Assembly (NCBI GenBank): GCA_040390725.1
Contig: JAZJXT010000005.1
Coordinates: 13,301 to 77,300, forward strand
Direction of reading: 5' to 3'
Source: Patescibacteria group bacterium
GTDB lineage: Bacteria; Patescibacteriota; Minisyncoccia; Phycocordibacterales; UBA9973
Length of the DNA: 64,000 nucleotides
Shown: positions 43,402 to 52,762 of the stretch, piece by piece
How positions within the stretch are numbered: position 1 is the stretch's first letter
Layout: each line of letters begins with the position of its first letter
Notes under the pieces: model-generated
What the model saw: only the letters and a program-made list of their open reading frames with translations
Database searches by the model: none
What the model was told of the DNA's origin: nothing
Made by a program: the position numbers and the translations under genes

Positions 43402-46400
43402 TTAAATCTCTTTCACCGCATCTATTGCAATACTTTTTTCGCCATTGCGGACGGAGACTTTGCCGGAGAGGGCGATGCATTTTTCGGCGACGAGGATGTC
43501 TATGGAACTGCTGAAAGTGGAAGGGAATACTACAGCTTCAATGGTGCCGGTTAGGTCAGAAATTTTTAAGAATGCCATGCGTTCATTTTTTTTCGTTATG
43601 ACTTGGCGGACTGTTTCTATAATGCCTCCTATTTTTACAGGTGTGCCATTTTTTCCTTCCTCAATTATTTTTTTAATATTCATTTCTTTTTTCTCTAGTT
43701 TTTCGCGCAGTCTATCGAGTGGATGTCCGGAAATATAAAGTCCTAATAGTTCTTTTTCCCAAAGCAGTTTTTCTGTCTGCGTCGCCGGAGTTCCATCCCG
43801 TAATTTGAAAGATGGCGCAGAAGTAGTCGGCAGTGCTCCGAAAAGTGAAATCTGATTTGCATTTTGTTTGGAGCTTTCTTTATTGTATTCGAGCATGTTT
43901 TCCAAATTAAAAAGAAGAGTTCCGCGGTCGCTGAATTCATCCATCGAGCCGGACTTTATCAAAGCTTCCATTGATTTTTTATTTAAATTTTTATGTTTTA
44001 TTCTATCCAAGAAATCGCTGATATTTTTAAATTCACCATTAGCTTTGCGTTCAGAAATTATTGCATCTGAGATATCCGTGCCGAGGTTTTTAATTGTATA
44101 AAATCCAAATCTGATATCTCTAGACACCATAGAGGCCGAACCTCCAAGGGGAGGTTCGGCCTCGGAAGGAACTCGAATAACAGTAAATCCGCCATAACTT
44201 TCATTTATATTCGGCGGAAGCACGGGGATTTTCATATTCTTACATTCATTGATTATTTCAGAAATTTTTTCCACATCGCCGGATTCTGCCGTCAAAATAG
44301 CGGTCATGTATTCCACCGGATAATTCGCTTTCATATACGCCGTCTGATATGCGACTTTTCCATAACTCGCCGCGTGTGCTTTGTTGAATCCATAAGCCTG
44401 AAAAGGTTCGAAAAGTTTCCACAATTCTTCAGCGAATTTTTTTGTCTGTCCATTTGCTACTATTCCATCAGTGAATTTTTTATGCTGTGCGGCCATTTCC
44501 GCAGGAATTTTTTTACCCACAGCCTTGCGGAATTTATCGGCTTCCTCCCAGTTATACCCGGCCATTTCGAGCGCACAGAAGAGCAGGTCGTCTTGGTAAA
44601 CGATGAGTCCATATGATTCCGTCAAGAATTTTTTCATTCGCGGGTCCAAATATTTTACCAGCTTTGGGTTATGTTTTCTTTTTATATATTCGGGAATTGA
44701 TTCCATCGGACCGGGGCGGTAAAGAGCTACCATTGCATTAATATCATGAATAGATGTGGGTTTTAGTTCTTTTAAATATCTCGTCATTCCTGAGCCGTTT
44801 AGTTGGAAAAGTCCTTCTGTTTGTCCGCTCGCCAAAAGTGCAAAAGTTTTTTTGTCATCAAGGGGAATTTTTTCTATATCAATATTTATATTGTAGAATT
44901 TTTTTACCAAACTTATTGCATCTCCTAAAATTGCCAAGTTCCTTATTCCCAAAAAGTCGAATTTCAAAAGCCCGGCTTCTTCGATACTGTACATGTCGTA
45001 TTGAGTGATTACTTTTCCTCCTTTCGGGTCGAGCTGAACAGGAGTATATTCATATATTGGTTTTGGTGCGATGACGACGCCCGCTGCGTGCACCGAGATG
45101 TGCCGTACGCATCCTTCTATTTTTTTTGCTAAATCAATTATCTCTTTGGTGTCTTTTTCTTTTTCATAAGCTTCTTTGAGTTCTGGTACTATTTTCATAG
45201 CATGGTCTATGGTCATCGGCATTCCTTGTGAGCCGAGTGGAATCATCTTTGAAATTCTATCACCAATACTATATTCATGGCCGAGAGCTCGCGCTACGTC
45301 GCGCACAGAACCTTTTGCCATCATCGTACCAAATGTTCCTATTTGCGCGACCTTGTCTTCGCCATATTTTTTCTTTGCGTACTCGATCATTTCATCGCGT
45401 CTGTTGTCGGCATAGTCCATATCGATGTCCGGCGGGGAAGGACGGAATGGATTTAAGAATCTTTCAAAGGGTAATTTATATTCTATCGGGTTCACATTTG
45501 TAATGCCTATCAAATATGTCACCATCGATCCAGCAACGGAGCCTCGGATAGTCGTCAAAATTCCATTTTCTTTTGCATGTCGTAACAAATCTCCCACCAC
45601 CAAAAAGTACGGCGAATATCCTTTGTCGCAAATAATTTTCAATTCATATTCTACGCGTTCTTTTATTTCCGGAGTTTCTTTTAAGTCAAGCCGAGCAAAT
45701 CCGGCATAAGTTAATTCGCGTAGTTTTTCATTATAAGTTTTCCCCTCCTCGATTTTAAAATCAGGAAATACCCAAGCCCCTAGTGGGATTTCAACATCGC
45801 ACATATCGGCAACTTTTTTTGTATTTGCGACAGCTTCGGGAATATCTTTGAAAATTTCCAATGCTTGTTCTTCGTTGATAAAAGAAAAATCATCTCCGCC
45901 GAAAGTAAATCTGTTTTCATCTTTTAGGTCGGAGTTTGTTTGAATTGCGAGCAATGTCTCGTGCGCTTTATGGTCTTCTCCGCAAGGGTAATGCGAGTCA
46001 AAAGTCGCTACCATAGGGATATCAAATTTCCTGCTCATTTTTATCAATGCTTCACGTACTTCTTTGTCACCTTCTACTGAGGGGTGCTTCATCACTTCCA
46101 AAAAATAATTTTCTTTACCGAAAATATCTTGATGCTCTTTTATTATCATTTCCGCTTTTTCTTCGTTCTTTGCGTAAAGTGCTTGTGAGAGTTCTCCACC
46201 CAGGCAACCGGAGAGCGCGATGACTCCTTCTGAGTACTTTCGCAAAATTTCTTTGTCCATTCTCGGCTTGTAGTAATATCCTTCGAGGTTTGAAAGTGTC
46301 ACCAAGTGAATTAGATTTTTATAACCCTGCAAATTTTTTGCGAGCAATGTCAGGTGGTAGCGTTTATTGTCTATGCCGGGTTCTTTGTCGAGGCGTGAAC

Positions 46401-46620
46401 GTTCGGCGATATATGCCTCGACACCGATGATGGCTTTGATGCCTTCTTTTTTTGCGAGTTTATAAAATTCAATAGCGCCATACATATTACCGTGGTCGGT
46501 GATAGCCATCGCCGGCATTTTGAATTTCTTTGCCAGAGCCACCAAATCCTCGGTCTTTGAAAGCCCATCCAAGAGGGAGTAATGACTATGCGTATGCAAA
46601 TGCACAAAACCTTGTTTCAT
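43402..46620 (-). CDS. dnaE: DNA polymerase III subunit alpha
   Basis: PHP domain FVHLHTHSHYSLLDG; 1072 aa with polymerase core and OB domain. Confidence 0.95.
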   Translation of the reverse strand: MKQGFVHLHTHSHYSLLDGLSKTEDLVALAKKFKMPAMAITDHGNMYGAIEFYKLAKKEGIKAIIGVEAYIAERSRLDKEPGIDNKRYHLTLLAKNLQGYKNLIHLVTLSNLEGYYYKPRMDKEILRKYSEGVIALSGCLGGELSQALYAKNEEKAEMIIKEHQDIFGKENYFLEVMKHPSVEGDKEVREALIKMSRKFDIPMVATFDSHYPCGEDHKAHETLLAIQTNSDLKDENRFTFGGDDFSFINEEQALEIFKDIPEAVANTKKVADMCDVEIPLGAWVFPDFKIEEGKTYNEKLRELTYAGFARLDLKETPEIKERVEYELKIICDKGYSPYFLVVGDLLRHAKENGILTTIRGSVAGSMVTYLIGITNVNPIEYKLPFERFLNPFRPSPPDIDMDYADNRRDEMIEYAKKKYGEDKVAQIGTFGTMMAKGSVRDVARALGHEYSIGDRISKMIPLGSQGMPMTIDHAMKIVPELKEAYEKEKDTKEIIDLAKKIEGCVRHISVHAAGVVIAPKPIYEYTPVQLDPKGGKVITQYDMYSIEEAGLLKFDFLGIRNLAILGDAISLVKKFYNINIDIEKIPLDDKKTFALLASGQTEGLFQLNGSGMTRYLKELKPTSIHDINAMVALYRPGPMESIPEYIKRKHNPKLVKYLDPRMKKFLTESYGLIVYQDDLLFCALEMAGYNWEEADKFRKAVGKKIPAEMAAQHKKFTDGIVANGQTKKFAEELWKLFEPFQAYGFNKAHAASYGKVAYQTAYMKANYPVEYMTAILTAESGDVEKISEIINECKNMKIPVLPPNINESYGGFTVIRVPSEAEPPLGGSASMVSRDIRFGFYTIKNLGTDISDAIISERKANGEFKNISDFLDRIKHKNLNKKSMEALIKSGSMDEFSDRGTLLFNLENMLEYNKESSKQNANQISLFGALPTTSAPSFKLRDGTPATQTEKLLWEKELLGLYISGHPLDRLREKLEKKEMNIKKIIEEGKNGTPVKIGGIIETVRQVITKKNERMAFLKISDLTGTIEAVVFPSTFSSSIDILVAEKCIALSGKVSVRNGEKSIAIDAVKEI

Positions 46621-46709
46621 AACATTATAATAGCATAATTTTAGTAATCTCGAAAAATACTCTCTTGACTTTATGGTACTTTGCTATACCATTAAGATTA
46701 TAAATATCT

Positions 46710-47006
46710 TTGACATTTTTAACTCCCAATAGTATGAAAACAAATGTTTTAAAATTCCCTTGGTATCATCGTTTTACCATACCAGCCGCTCCTTTCTTCT
46801 ACTGGAGGTATGCTCTTATTTTATGGCTATTGCCGATAGTAATAGGTATTGCTGGAGGAGCTTATTTTTCCAGTTCAATGATTGAATTTTTCAAATACTC
46901 TACCTGTTTTTTAGTAGCCACCGCATTATTGGAATATTTGATTGTATTAGGTTTTATAGCATATCTTTCACTAAGAGATATGCTAAGAAGTAAATATGAA
47001 AAATAA
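46710..47006 (+). CDS. small hypothetical membrane protein
   Basis: Two predicted TM helices; followed by terminator tccggacg-tccaa-cgtccgga-tttttttt (47029-47058). Confidence 0.4.
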   Translation: MTFLTPNSMKTNVLKFPWYHRFTIPAAPFFYWRYALILWLLPIVIGIAGGAYFSSSMIEFFKYSTCFLVATALLEYLIVLGFIAYLSLRDMLRSKYEK

Positions 47007-47066
47007 AAAAAGAATTTAAAATGAATCTTTCCGGACGTCCAACGTCCGGATTTTTTTTATAGAGTT

Positions 47067-47792
47067 TTATTTATTCAAAAAATGTTCCAATGTGTAAATC
47101 CAATCTTCTTCCATCCCTTCGCTTTGTTTTTTTTGCGCGAGGAGCCATTCGAGGTATCCGCGGTCGGTTTTTAAAACTTCTTCTACCTTTTTGCCGACAT
47201 ATTTACCAAAAGGAAAAGTGCGCAATATGCTAGGGTGCGAGGAGATTTCTATCATTTCATATATTGCTTCATCTTCACTAATTTTATTTTGTTCAATTAT
47301 TTTATGTTTTAATCTCTCGAAAAGTTTTTCTAATACCAATACATCACCCAATGCATCGTGCGCCTGCGCTTCTATTTCTATTTCGAGCAAATAACGCAAA
47401 TACTGAAGATTATATTTTTCTATCTTACCCTCAGGGTCTAGGGCTCTCGCTACGCGCAAAGTACAAATAAATTTATCAGGATTTATATTTTCTTTGGCGA
47501 GCATCGTCAGGTCAAAGACTGCATTGTGCGCTACGGGCACGGAATTTTTATCTTCAAAAAGATTTTTAATTTTAGAATATTCAGGGCTCGCACTAAACGC
47601 CACTTTGTCAGCTATCATTTTATTTGAAATATGATGGACAGCGGATGCTTCGGGGGGAATACGCACGGGAGGTTTATACATAGCCGAAAATTGTTCATCA
47701 TTATGCTTGTATGCAATTTGGCAAATATAATCATTTTCAGTATTGCCTGTGGTTTCCGTATCAAAAAATATTATTTTCTTCTTATTATCCAT
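47067..47792 (-). CDS. DnaQ-like 3'-5' exonuclease (DEDDh) with C-terminal extension
   Basis: Exo I IIFFDTETTG, Exo II HNAVFDL, Exo III HDALGDV. The true start is the internal Met (MDNKKK). On the minus strand, TGaTACAAT extended -10 lies 7 nt upstream of that ATG. The track's 5' extension to 48068 overlaps yqeY and is spurious. Confidence 0.8.
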   Translation of the reverse strand: MDNKKKIIFFDTETTGNTENDYICQIAYKHNDEQFSAMYKPPVRIPPEASAVHHISNKMIADKVAFSASPEYSKIKNLFEDKNSVPVAHNAVFDLTMLAKENINPDKFICTLRVARALDPEGKIEKYNLQYLRYLLEIEIEAQAHDALGDVLVLEKLFERLKHKIIEQNKISEDEAIYEMIEISSHPSILRTFPFGKYVGKKVEEVLKTDRGYLEWLLAQKKQSEGMEEDWIYTLEHFLNK

Positions 47793-47829
47793 ACTGGCTA
47801 TTGTATCATGTTTTTGATAGAATAAATAA

Positions 47830-48279
47830 ATGTTACAACAACAAATCAAAAATAATATAAAAGAAGCAATGATGGCAAAGGATTCCGTGCGCTTGGAAAC
47901 AATGCGCGGAGTGTCTTCAGCTTTTACAAATGAATTAGTTGCCAAAGGCAGGAAACCGCAAGATGAATTGACTGATGAAGAAGCACTCGCGGTTATTACT
48001 CGTTTGGCAAAACAAAGAAAAGATTCCATAGAGCAATTTTCAAAAGGAGGTAGGGAAGACTTGGTCAAAGAAGAAGAAGCTCAGCTAGCAATCCTGGAAA
48101 CTTACTTGCCTAAAATGATGGATAAAAATGAAGTCGAAAAAATAGCTCGCGCTAAAAAAGAAGAGCTAGGCATAACTGACGCCACAAAAAAAGGCATGTT
48201 AATGTCTGCGCTCATGAAAGATTTGAAAGGCAAGGCCGACGGCATGGTGGTAAAAGAAGCGGTAGACGCATTATTCTAA
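47830..48279 (+). CDS. yqeY: GatB/YqeY domain protein
   Basis: MLQQQIKNNIKEAMMAKDSVRLETMRGV is a typical YqeY N-terminus. TAGAAT -10 (47818-47823) ends 6 nt before the ATG. Confidence 0.8.
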   Translation: MLQQQIKNNIKEAMMAKDSVRLETMRGVSSAFTNELVAKGRKPQDELTDEEALAVITRLAKQRKDSIEQFSKGGREDLVKEEEAQLAILETYLPKMMDKNEVEKIARAKKEELGITDATKKGMLMSALMKDLKGKADGMVVKEAVDALF

Positions 48280-48283
48280 TACC

Positions 48284-48901
48284 ATGCATACAGTCAGAAT
48301 TTTAACTATTTTAGTGGAGCATCACCAGATGTTGGCATATGTTTTGATTTTTCTCGGACTTATTTTTGAAGGGGAGGTCACACTTATTGCTGCCGGTATT
48401 TTAATTTATTTAAAGGCGGTAAACTTGCCTTTTGCTTTAATTTTTATTTGCCTTGGTTCTTTGGTAAAAACATTTTATGCATATTATTTGGGTGTGTTTA
48501 TTTATAAAAAATGGAACCACACGAGATTTATGAAATATATTGAGAGGCGTGTTTCTTATTTATTACCGCGTTTTCAGCAAAAGCCTTTCTTTTCGATTTT
48601 TATTTCTAAATTTATAACTTATCTTAATTTTTCTGTTATAGTTTTTTCCGGGTATTCTAAGATTGATTTTAAAACTTATTTAAAAGCGGAATTGTCCGCT
48701 TCAGCTATTTGGATACCGGGGCTTCTGGCGCTCGGGTATTTTTTCGGCTATACTGCCCTTAGCGTGAGTCACGAGGTATGGAGGTTTTCCTTGATAACGG
48801 CTCTTTTAATCATTGGATTTATTCTTTTTATAAAGCTAATAACCTGGATATATGAGCTTTTTGAGGAATTTCAAGAATATGACAACAATAAAAACAACTA
48901 A
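48284..48901 (+). CDS. DedA/VTT-family membrane protein
   Basis: VTLIAAG...GYFFG motifs with multiple TM helices. Confidence 0.7.
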   Translation: MHTVRILTILVEHHQMLAYVLIFLGLIFEGEVTLIAAGILIYLKAVNLPFALIFICLGSLVKTFYAYYLGVFIYKKWNHTRFMKYIERRVSYLLPRFQQKPFFSIFISKFITYLNFSVIVFSGYSKIDFKTYLKAELSASAIWIPGLLALGYFFGYTALSVSHEVWRFSLITALLIIGFILFIKLITWIYELFEEFQEYDNNKNN

Positions 48902-49787
48902 AAAATTAGTGACACACAATGGATCATTTCACGCAGATGATATTTTTGCCTGCGCGACACTCTCTATTTTACTGGAAAAAAAGGGAGAATCTTTGGAAAT
49001 TATTCGCACTCGCGATGAGGAAATAATCAAATCAGGTGATTATGTTTTTGATATTGGCAATGTATATGATGCGGAAAAAAATAAATTTGATCATCATCAA
49101 ATAGGTGGGGCGGGGAAAAGAGATAATGGTATAGAGTATGCGTCTTTTGGTTTAGTTTGGAAAAAATTCGGAGAAGAAATTTGCGAGTCAAAAGATGTTG
49201 CGGACTTTATTGATAAAAAATTAGCTCAACCTGTAGATGCAGGAGACAATGGAATGGATTTAATTAAATCAATAAGCGAAGCGAAGCCATATTTTTTACA
49301 AACTTTATTCAAATCTTTTCTTCCGAGTTGGAAAAATGCAAATGAAGAAACTTTACTTTTAGGTTTTTTAGAGTCGGTAAATATTGCAAAAGGACTCCTC
49401 TCTCGTGAGATTGCTTTAGCTCAAGATGCGAGTGAGGCAGGCAGAAAAGTTCTTGAATGTTATGAGCAGTCAAAAGATAAAAGAATTATAATTTTAGATC
49501 AAAAATATCCTTGGGAGGAAAATATTAGTAAATACTCAGAGCCTATTTTTGTTATTTTCCCTAGGTTAAATGGTGTTCTTTGGGGTGTGGAAGGAGTTCC
49601 TGCAAGTTCTACTTCATTTGAAAGAAGAAAGAAATTTCCAGAAATTTGGGCAGGTTTGCGTGATGAAGAATTGCAAAAAGTTACAGGTGTTGCTGACGCA
49701 GTGTTTTGTCACCGTGGACTTTTTATGTGTGTGGCGAAAACAAAAGAAGGCGCGACAAAATTAGCAGAATTAGCATTATTAAAATAA
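48879..49787 (+). CDS. MYG1/UPF0160 family metal-dependent hydrolase
   Basis: THNGSFHADD...DHHQ motifs (the track ORF begins at 48852). Confidence 0.75.
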   Translation: MTTIKTTKKLVTHNGSFHADDIFACATLSILLEKKGESLEIIRTRDEEIIKSGDYVFDIGNVYDAEKNKFDHHQIGGAGKRDNGIEYASFGLVWKKFGEEICESKDVADFIDKKLAQPVDAGDNGMDLIKSISEAKPYFLQTLFKSFLPSWKNANEETLLLGFLESVNIAKGLLSREIALAQDASEAGRKVLECYEQSKDKRIIILDQKYPWEENISKYSEPIFVIFPRLNGVLWGVEGVPASSTSFERRKKFPEIWAGLRDEELQKVTGVADAVFCHRGLFMCVAKTKEGATKLAELALLK

Positions 49788-49802
49788 TAAAAGAATTAAT
49801 TT

Positions 49803-50828
49803 ATGGCATTCATTGATGAAATAAAAATACATGCAGACGCAGGACGAGGTGGAGACGGCGTGGTGCGCTGGAGGCAAGAAAAATTTGTGCCAAAAGGTGG
49901 ACCTGCCGGAGGTGATGGCGGACGTGGCGGGAATTTCTATGTTGAAGCTGTGCGCGATGTGCACATACTTTCAAAGTACAAAGCAAAGAAAGATTTTGAA
50001 GCAGGGCGTGGTGAAGACGGAGGCAAGAAAAGTTTGACTGGAAAAAACGGTGAAGATTTTGTTTTGGAATTACCGCTCGGCTCTATCATTACGAATTTAA
50101 AAACGGATGAAAAATGGAGCCTGCTTGAAGAGGGAGAAAAAATAATGTTGCTCAAAGGTGGATACGGTGGGTATGGTAATGAGCATTTTAAAAGTTCTAG
50201 AAATACTACACCGGAAGAGAGGAATTTGGGTCAAGAAGGCGAAGAGGGGGATTTCCACGTTGAGCTCGAGCTTTTCGCGGATATGGGCCTCGTGGGGCTT
50301 CCAAATGCTGGTAAATCATCGCTTTTAAATGCTTTGACGAATGCAAATGCTAAAGTCGGGGACTATGCTTTTACAACCTTAGACCCGAATCTCGGGGATT
50401 TTTATGGCTATATCATTGCGGACATTCCGGGTATCATAGAAGGCGCATCTGAAGGCAAAGGCCTCGGTGTGAAATTCTTGCGCCACATCAAACGCACGAA
50501 AATGCTCGCACATTTAGTGTCGCTAGAAAATGAAAATCCATTAAAAACTTATAAGGAAGTCCGCAAGGAATTGGAAAAATACGACAAGAATTTAAAACTC
50601 GGCGCTGACGGATTAGCTTCAAAAGAAGAAATAATTATTCTGACGAAGACAGATGTAATAGACGACACAAGTAAAAATAAAACAAATAAAACAAAAATAA
50701 TAGATAAAATAAAAAAAGAATTTATAACAAAACTAAAAAACAAAAATGTGTACACATTATCCCTCTACGACGATAAGTCCGTAAAAGATTTCACAAAAGA
50801 GCTCACAAAGATTTTAAAGAAAAAATAA
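49803..50828 (+). CDS. obg: GTPase Obg/CgtA (no C-terminal TGS/OCT domain)
   Basis: Glycine-rich Obg fold (GGDGGRGGN); G domain DMGLVGLPNAGKSSLLNALT, DIPGIIEGA. Confidence 0.9.
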   Translation: MAFIDEIKIHADAGRGGDGVVRWRQEKFVPKGGPAGGDGGRGGNFYVEAVRDVHILSKYKAKKDFEAGRGEDGGKKSLTGKNGEDFVLELPLGSIITNLKTDEKWSLLEEGEKIMLLKGGYGGYGNEHFKSSRNTTPEERNLGQEGEEGDFHVELELFADMGLVGLPNAGKSSLLNALTNANAKVGDYAFTTLDPNLGDFYGYIIADIPGIIEGASEGKGLGVKFLRHIKRTKMLAHLVSLENENPLKTYKEVRKELEKYDKNLKLGADGLASKEEIIILTKTDVIDDTSKNKTNKTKIIDKIKKEFITKLKNKNVYTLSLYDDKSVKDFTKELTKILKKK

Positions 50829-50854
50829 GATTTAATAAAAAAATAAAAACTTGT

Positions 50855-50886
50855 CTACGACAATAAACATATGTCGACTATCGTAG
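50855..50886 (-). repeat. 32-bp nested palindrome, copy 2 (inverted orientation), overlapping the promoter of the PaaX-like gene
   Basis: ctacgacaataaacatatgtcgactatcgtag; reverse complement ctacgatagtcgacatatgtttattgtcgtag. TAGAAT -10 (50907-50912) ends 6 nt before ATG 50919. Confidence 0.8.
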
Positions 50887-50918
50887 ACATTGTAAATTTT
50901 TTAGGATAGAATAAAAAG

Positions 50919-51488
50919 ATGAAAAGAAAAATTGTTTATAAAATTTTGGAATCATTGGAAAATTCAGCGCTTGGTTTGCTTGATTTGGCTATTACAATTT
51001 CTGAATCTGGGTATGGCGCAAGTCTAGGTAAGCTTGATCGAGCAGTAGAAGAAAAGTTTAGTAAGCGAACCGCCTTACGTTTAGAAAAGGAGAAAATGGT
51101 GAGAATAAAAAAATACTTATCAAAGTTAAAGAGTGACGGATTAATAAATGAAAATTCGTCGGGGAAAATATTTTTAACCACAAAAGGAAATCAAAAACTC
51201 GGTGCGTATAAAAAATCCGATTTGTCTATTAGGGATGGATACATAAAAGAAGTTGGTGATAAGGTAATAATCATAAGTTATGATATTCCTGTTGCTTTTA
51301 ATAGAGAAAGAAATATTTTGAGAGATATTTTACGAATGCTTGGCTTGGAGCCTGTTCACAAAAGCGTTTGGGTTGGCAAAGTGAAATTGCCAAAAAAGTT
51401 TATAGAGGATATGGGGCATCTTGGTATTTTAGATTACCTTGAAATTTTGGAAGTTACAAAGAGCGGTAGTCTAAAAACTGTGGAATAA
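50919..51488 (+). CDS. PaaX-family-like transcriptional regulator (N-terminal winged helix plus C-terminal PaaX_C/Cas2-like domain)
   Basis: wHTH-like N-terminus (KKYLSKLKSDGLINENSSGKIFLTTKGNQKL). C-terminus VIIISYDIPVAFNRERNILRDILRMLGLEPVHKSVWVGK matches PaaX W-G-W-LVSFDIPE..R..RD.LR..L...GFG.L..SVW. Confidence 0.6.
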   Translation: MKRKIVYKILESLENSALGLLDLAITISESGYGASLGKLDRAVEEKFSKRTALRLEKEKMVRIKKYLSKLKSDGLINENSSGKIFLTTKGNQKLGAYKKSDLSIRDGYIKEVGDKVIIISYDIPVAFNRERNILRDILRMLGLEPVHKSVWVGKVKLPKKFIEDMGHLGILDYLEILEVTKSGSLKTVE

Positions 51489-51496
51489 TAAAGTTT

Positions 51497-51526
51497 ACGA
51501 TAGTCGACATATGTTTGTTATCGTAG
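51497..51526 (+). repeat. 32-bp nested palindrome, copy 3, upstream of the BNR-propeller gene
   Basis: (t)tacgatagtcgacatatgtttgttatcgtag, same orientation as copy 1. Confidence 0.8.
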
Positions 51527-51585
51527 AAAAGTGAGAAATACGATTTTAGCTATCTTTTTGTCCATTTTTGTGGTATGTTTGGTGT

Positions 51586-52743
51586 ATGAAAAATATTAAA
51601 TATGCAAAATTTGGCGCAATTATAATAATGCTTGTTTTTATTTTGCCTTCCATTACGATGGCATCTAACAAAGTACCATTTTTAACTTACAAAGGAGGAG
51701 GACCTTTGTTGGATATTAAATGTACTGACTCTTATTGTGTAGCTGTTGGAAATACTACGCAGGGTAAATTTCAAATATCATTATCAACTGATAAAGGAAA
51801 AACATGGTCAGTTGTGCTTAAAAAAGAAGAAGTAATTAAGGGTGCCCCCGGACTTGTCGGGGTAGATTGTGCTGATAGTACTTGTATAACAGTCGGTGTT
51901 GGAGGAGTAATTTTTAGAAGTGTAGATAGTGGGAAGACATGGACAAATCAGTTAAATATTTTAGGTGATGCAAATAGTGAATTTTCCCAAAGTATTATTT
52001 CTAGTGTTGATTGTGTAAACAGTAAATTATGTTATGTAGTTGGTCAAAATTCTAGTGGCGGATCATCTAAAGCACTAGGTCCCATGATTTTAAAAACAAC
52101 TGATGGTGGAATAAATTGGGTAAGAGTTGAAAGTTCTTTAAGTGGAGCAATGGCTATTGATTTAGTAAAAATGGGAAAAATATTATGTAAAAATGAGATG
52201 GAGTGTTTTGGAATAGGACAACAAAGATCTATTTTTCATACGAGTGATGGTTGGAAAAATATAACATTTCAAAATTTTAAAATCGATGATCCTGTACCAG
52301 CATATAATCCTGATGGTAGTATTGTGTATTTTATAGACGGAAAGCCAAATAGTGTTCCTGAAAAAATTGCTAGAGGAGATTTTTCCGGAATTAGTTTTAC
52401 AAATGATGGAGGAGTGATAGTAGACGATATGGGAGATAGGTTACAGATAATTCTAAAGTCTATGGATAATGGAGTGACATGGAATACTATTCCTTTTCCA
52501 TCATTGCCAAAGCTAAATGCTGGAGGTAGTATTTCTTGCACTGGATCAGTATGTGTAATTGCAAGTTCAAATGGAGTAAGGGGAAAAGTTAATATTTTTA
52601 CTAGTTTAGACAATGGCAATACTTGGACGTATAGTTCTTTAAATAAAAGAATTATGGTTTCGGGTGCTTCTTGCATAGATAAAAATAATTGTTTTGCTAT
52701 TGGTATGTTAATTCCCGTAGGAGTCGTTATTAAAGTTAAATAA
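51586..52743 (+). CDS. secreted BNR/Asp-box repeat beta-propeller protein (Ycf48-like or sialidase-like fold)
   Basis: Signal peptide MKNIKYAKFGAIIIMLVFILPSITMASN; repeated S-x-D-x-G-x-T-W boxes (STDKGKTW, SVDSGKTW, TTDGGINW, SMDNGVTW, SLDNGNTW) with paired Cys. The track ORF starts at TTG 51568. Confidence 0.7.
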   Translation: MKNIKYAKFGAIIIMLVFILPSITMASNKVPFLTYKGGGPLLDIKCTDSYCVAVGNTTQGKFQISLSTDKGKTWSVVLKKEEVIKGAPGLVGVDCADSTCITVGVGGVIFRSVDSGKTWTNQLNILGDANSEFSQSIISSVDCVNSKLCYVVGQNSSGGSSKALGPMILKTTDGGINWVRVESSLSGAMAIDLVKMGKILCKNEMECFGIGQQRSIFHTSDGWKNITFQNFKIDDPVPAYNPDGSIVYFIDGKPNSVPEKIARGDFSGISFTNDGGVIVDDMGDRLQIILKSMDNGVTWNTIPFPSLPKLNAGGSISCTGSVCVIASSNGVRGKVNIFTSLDNGNTWTYSSLNKRIMVSGASCIDKNNCFAIGMLIPVGVVIKVK

Positions 52744-52762
52744 AATATGTTATTCTAACTTT

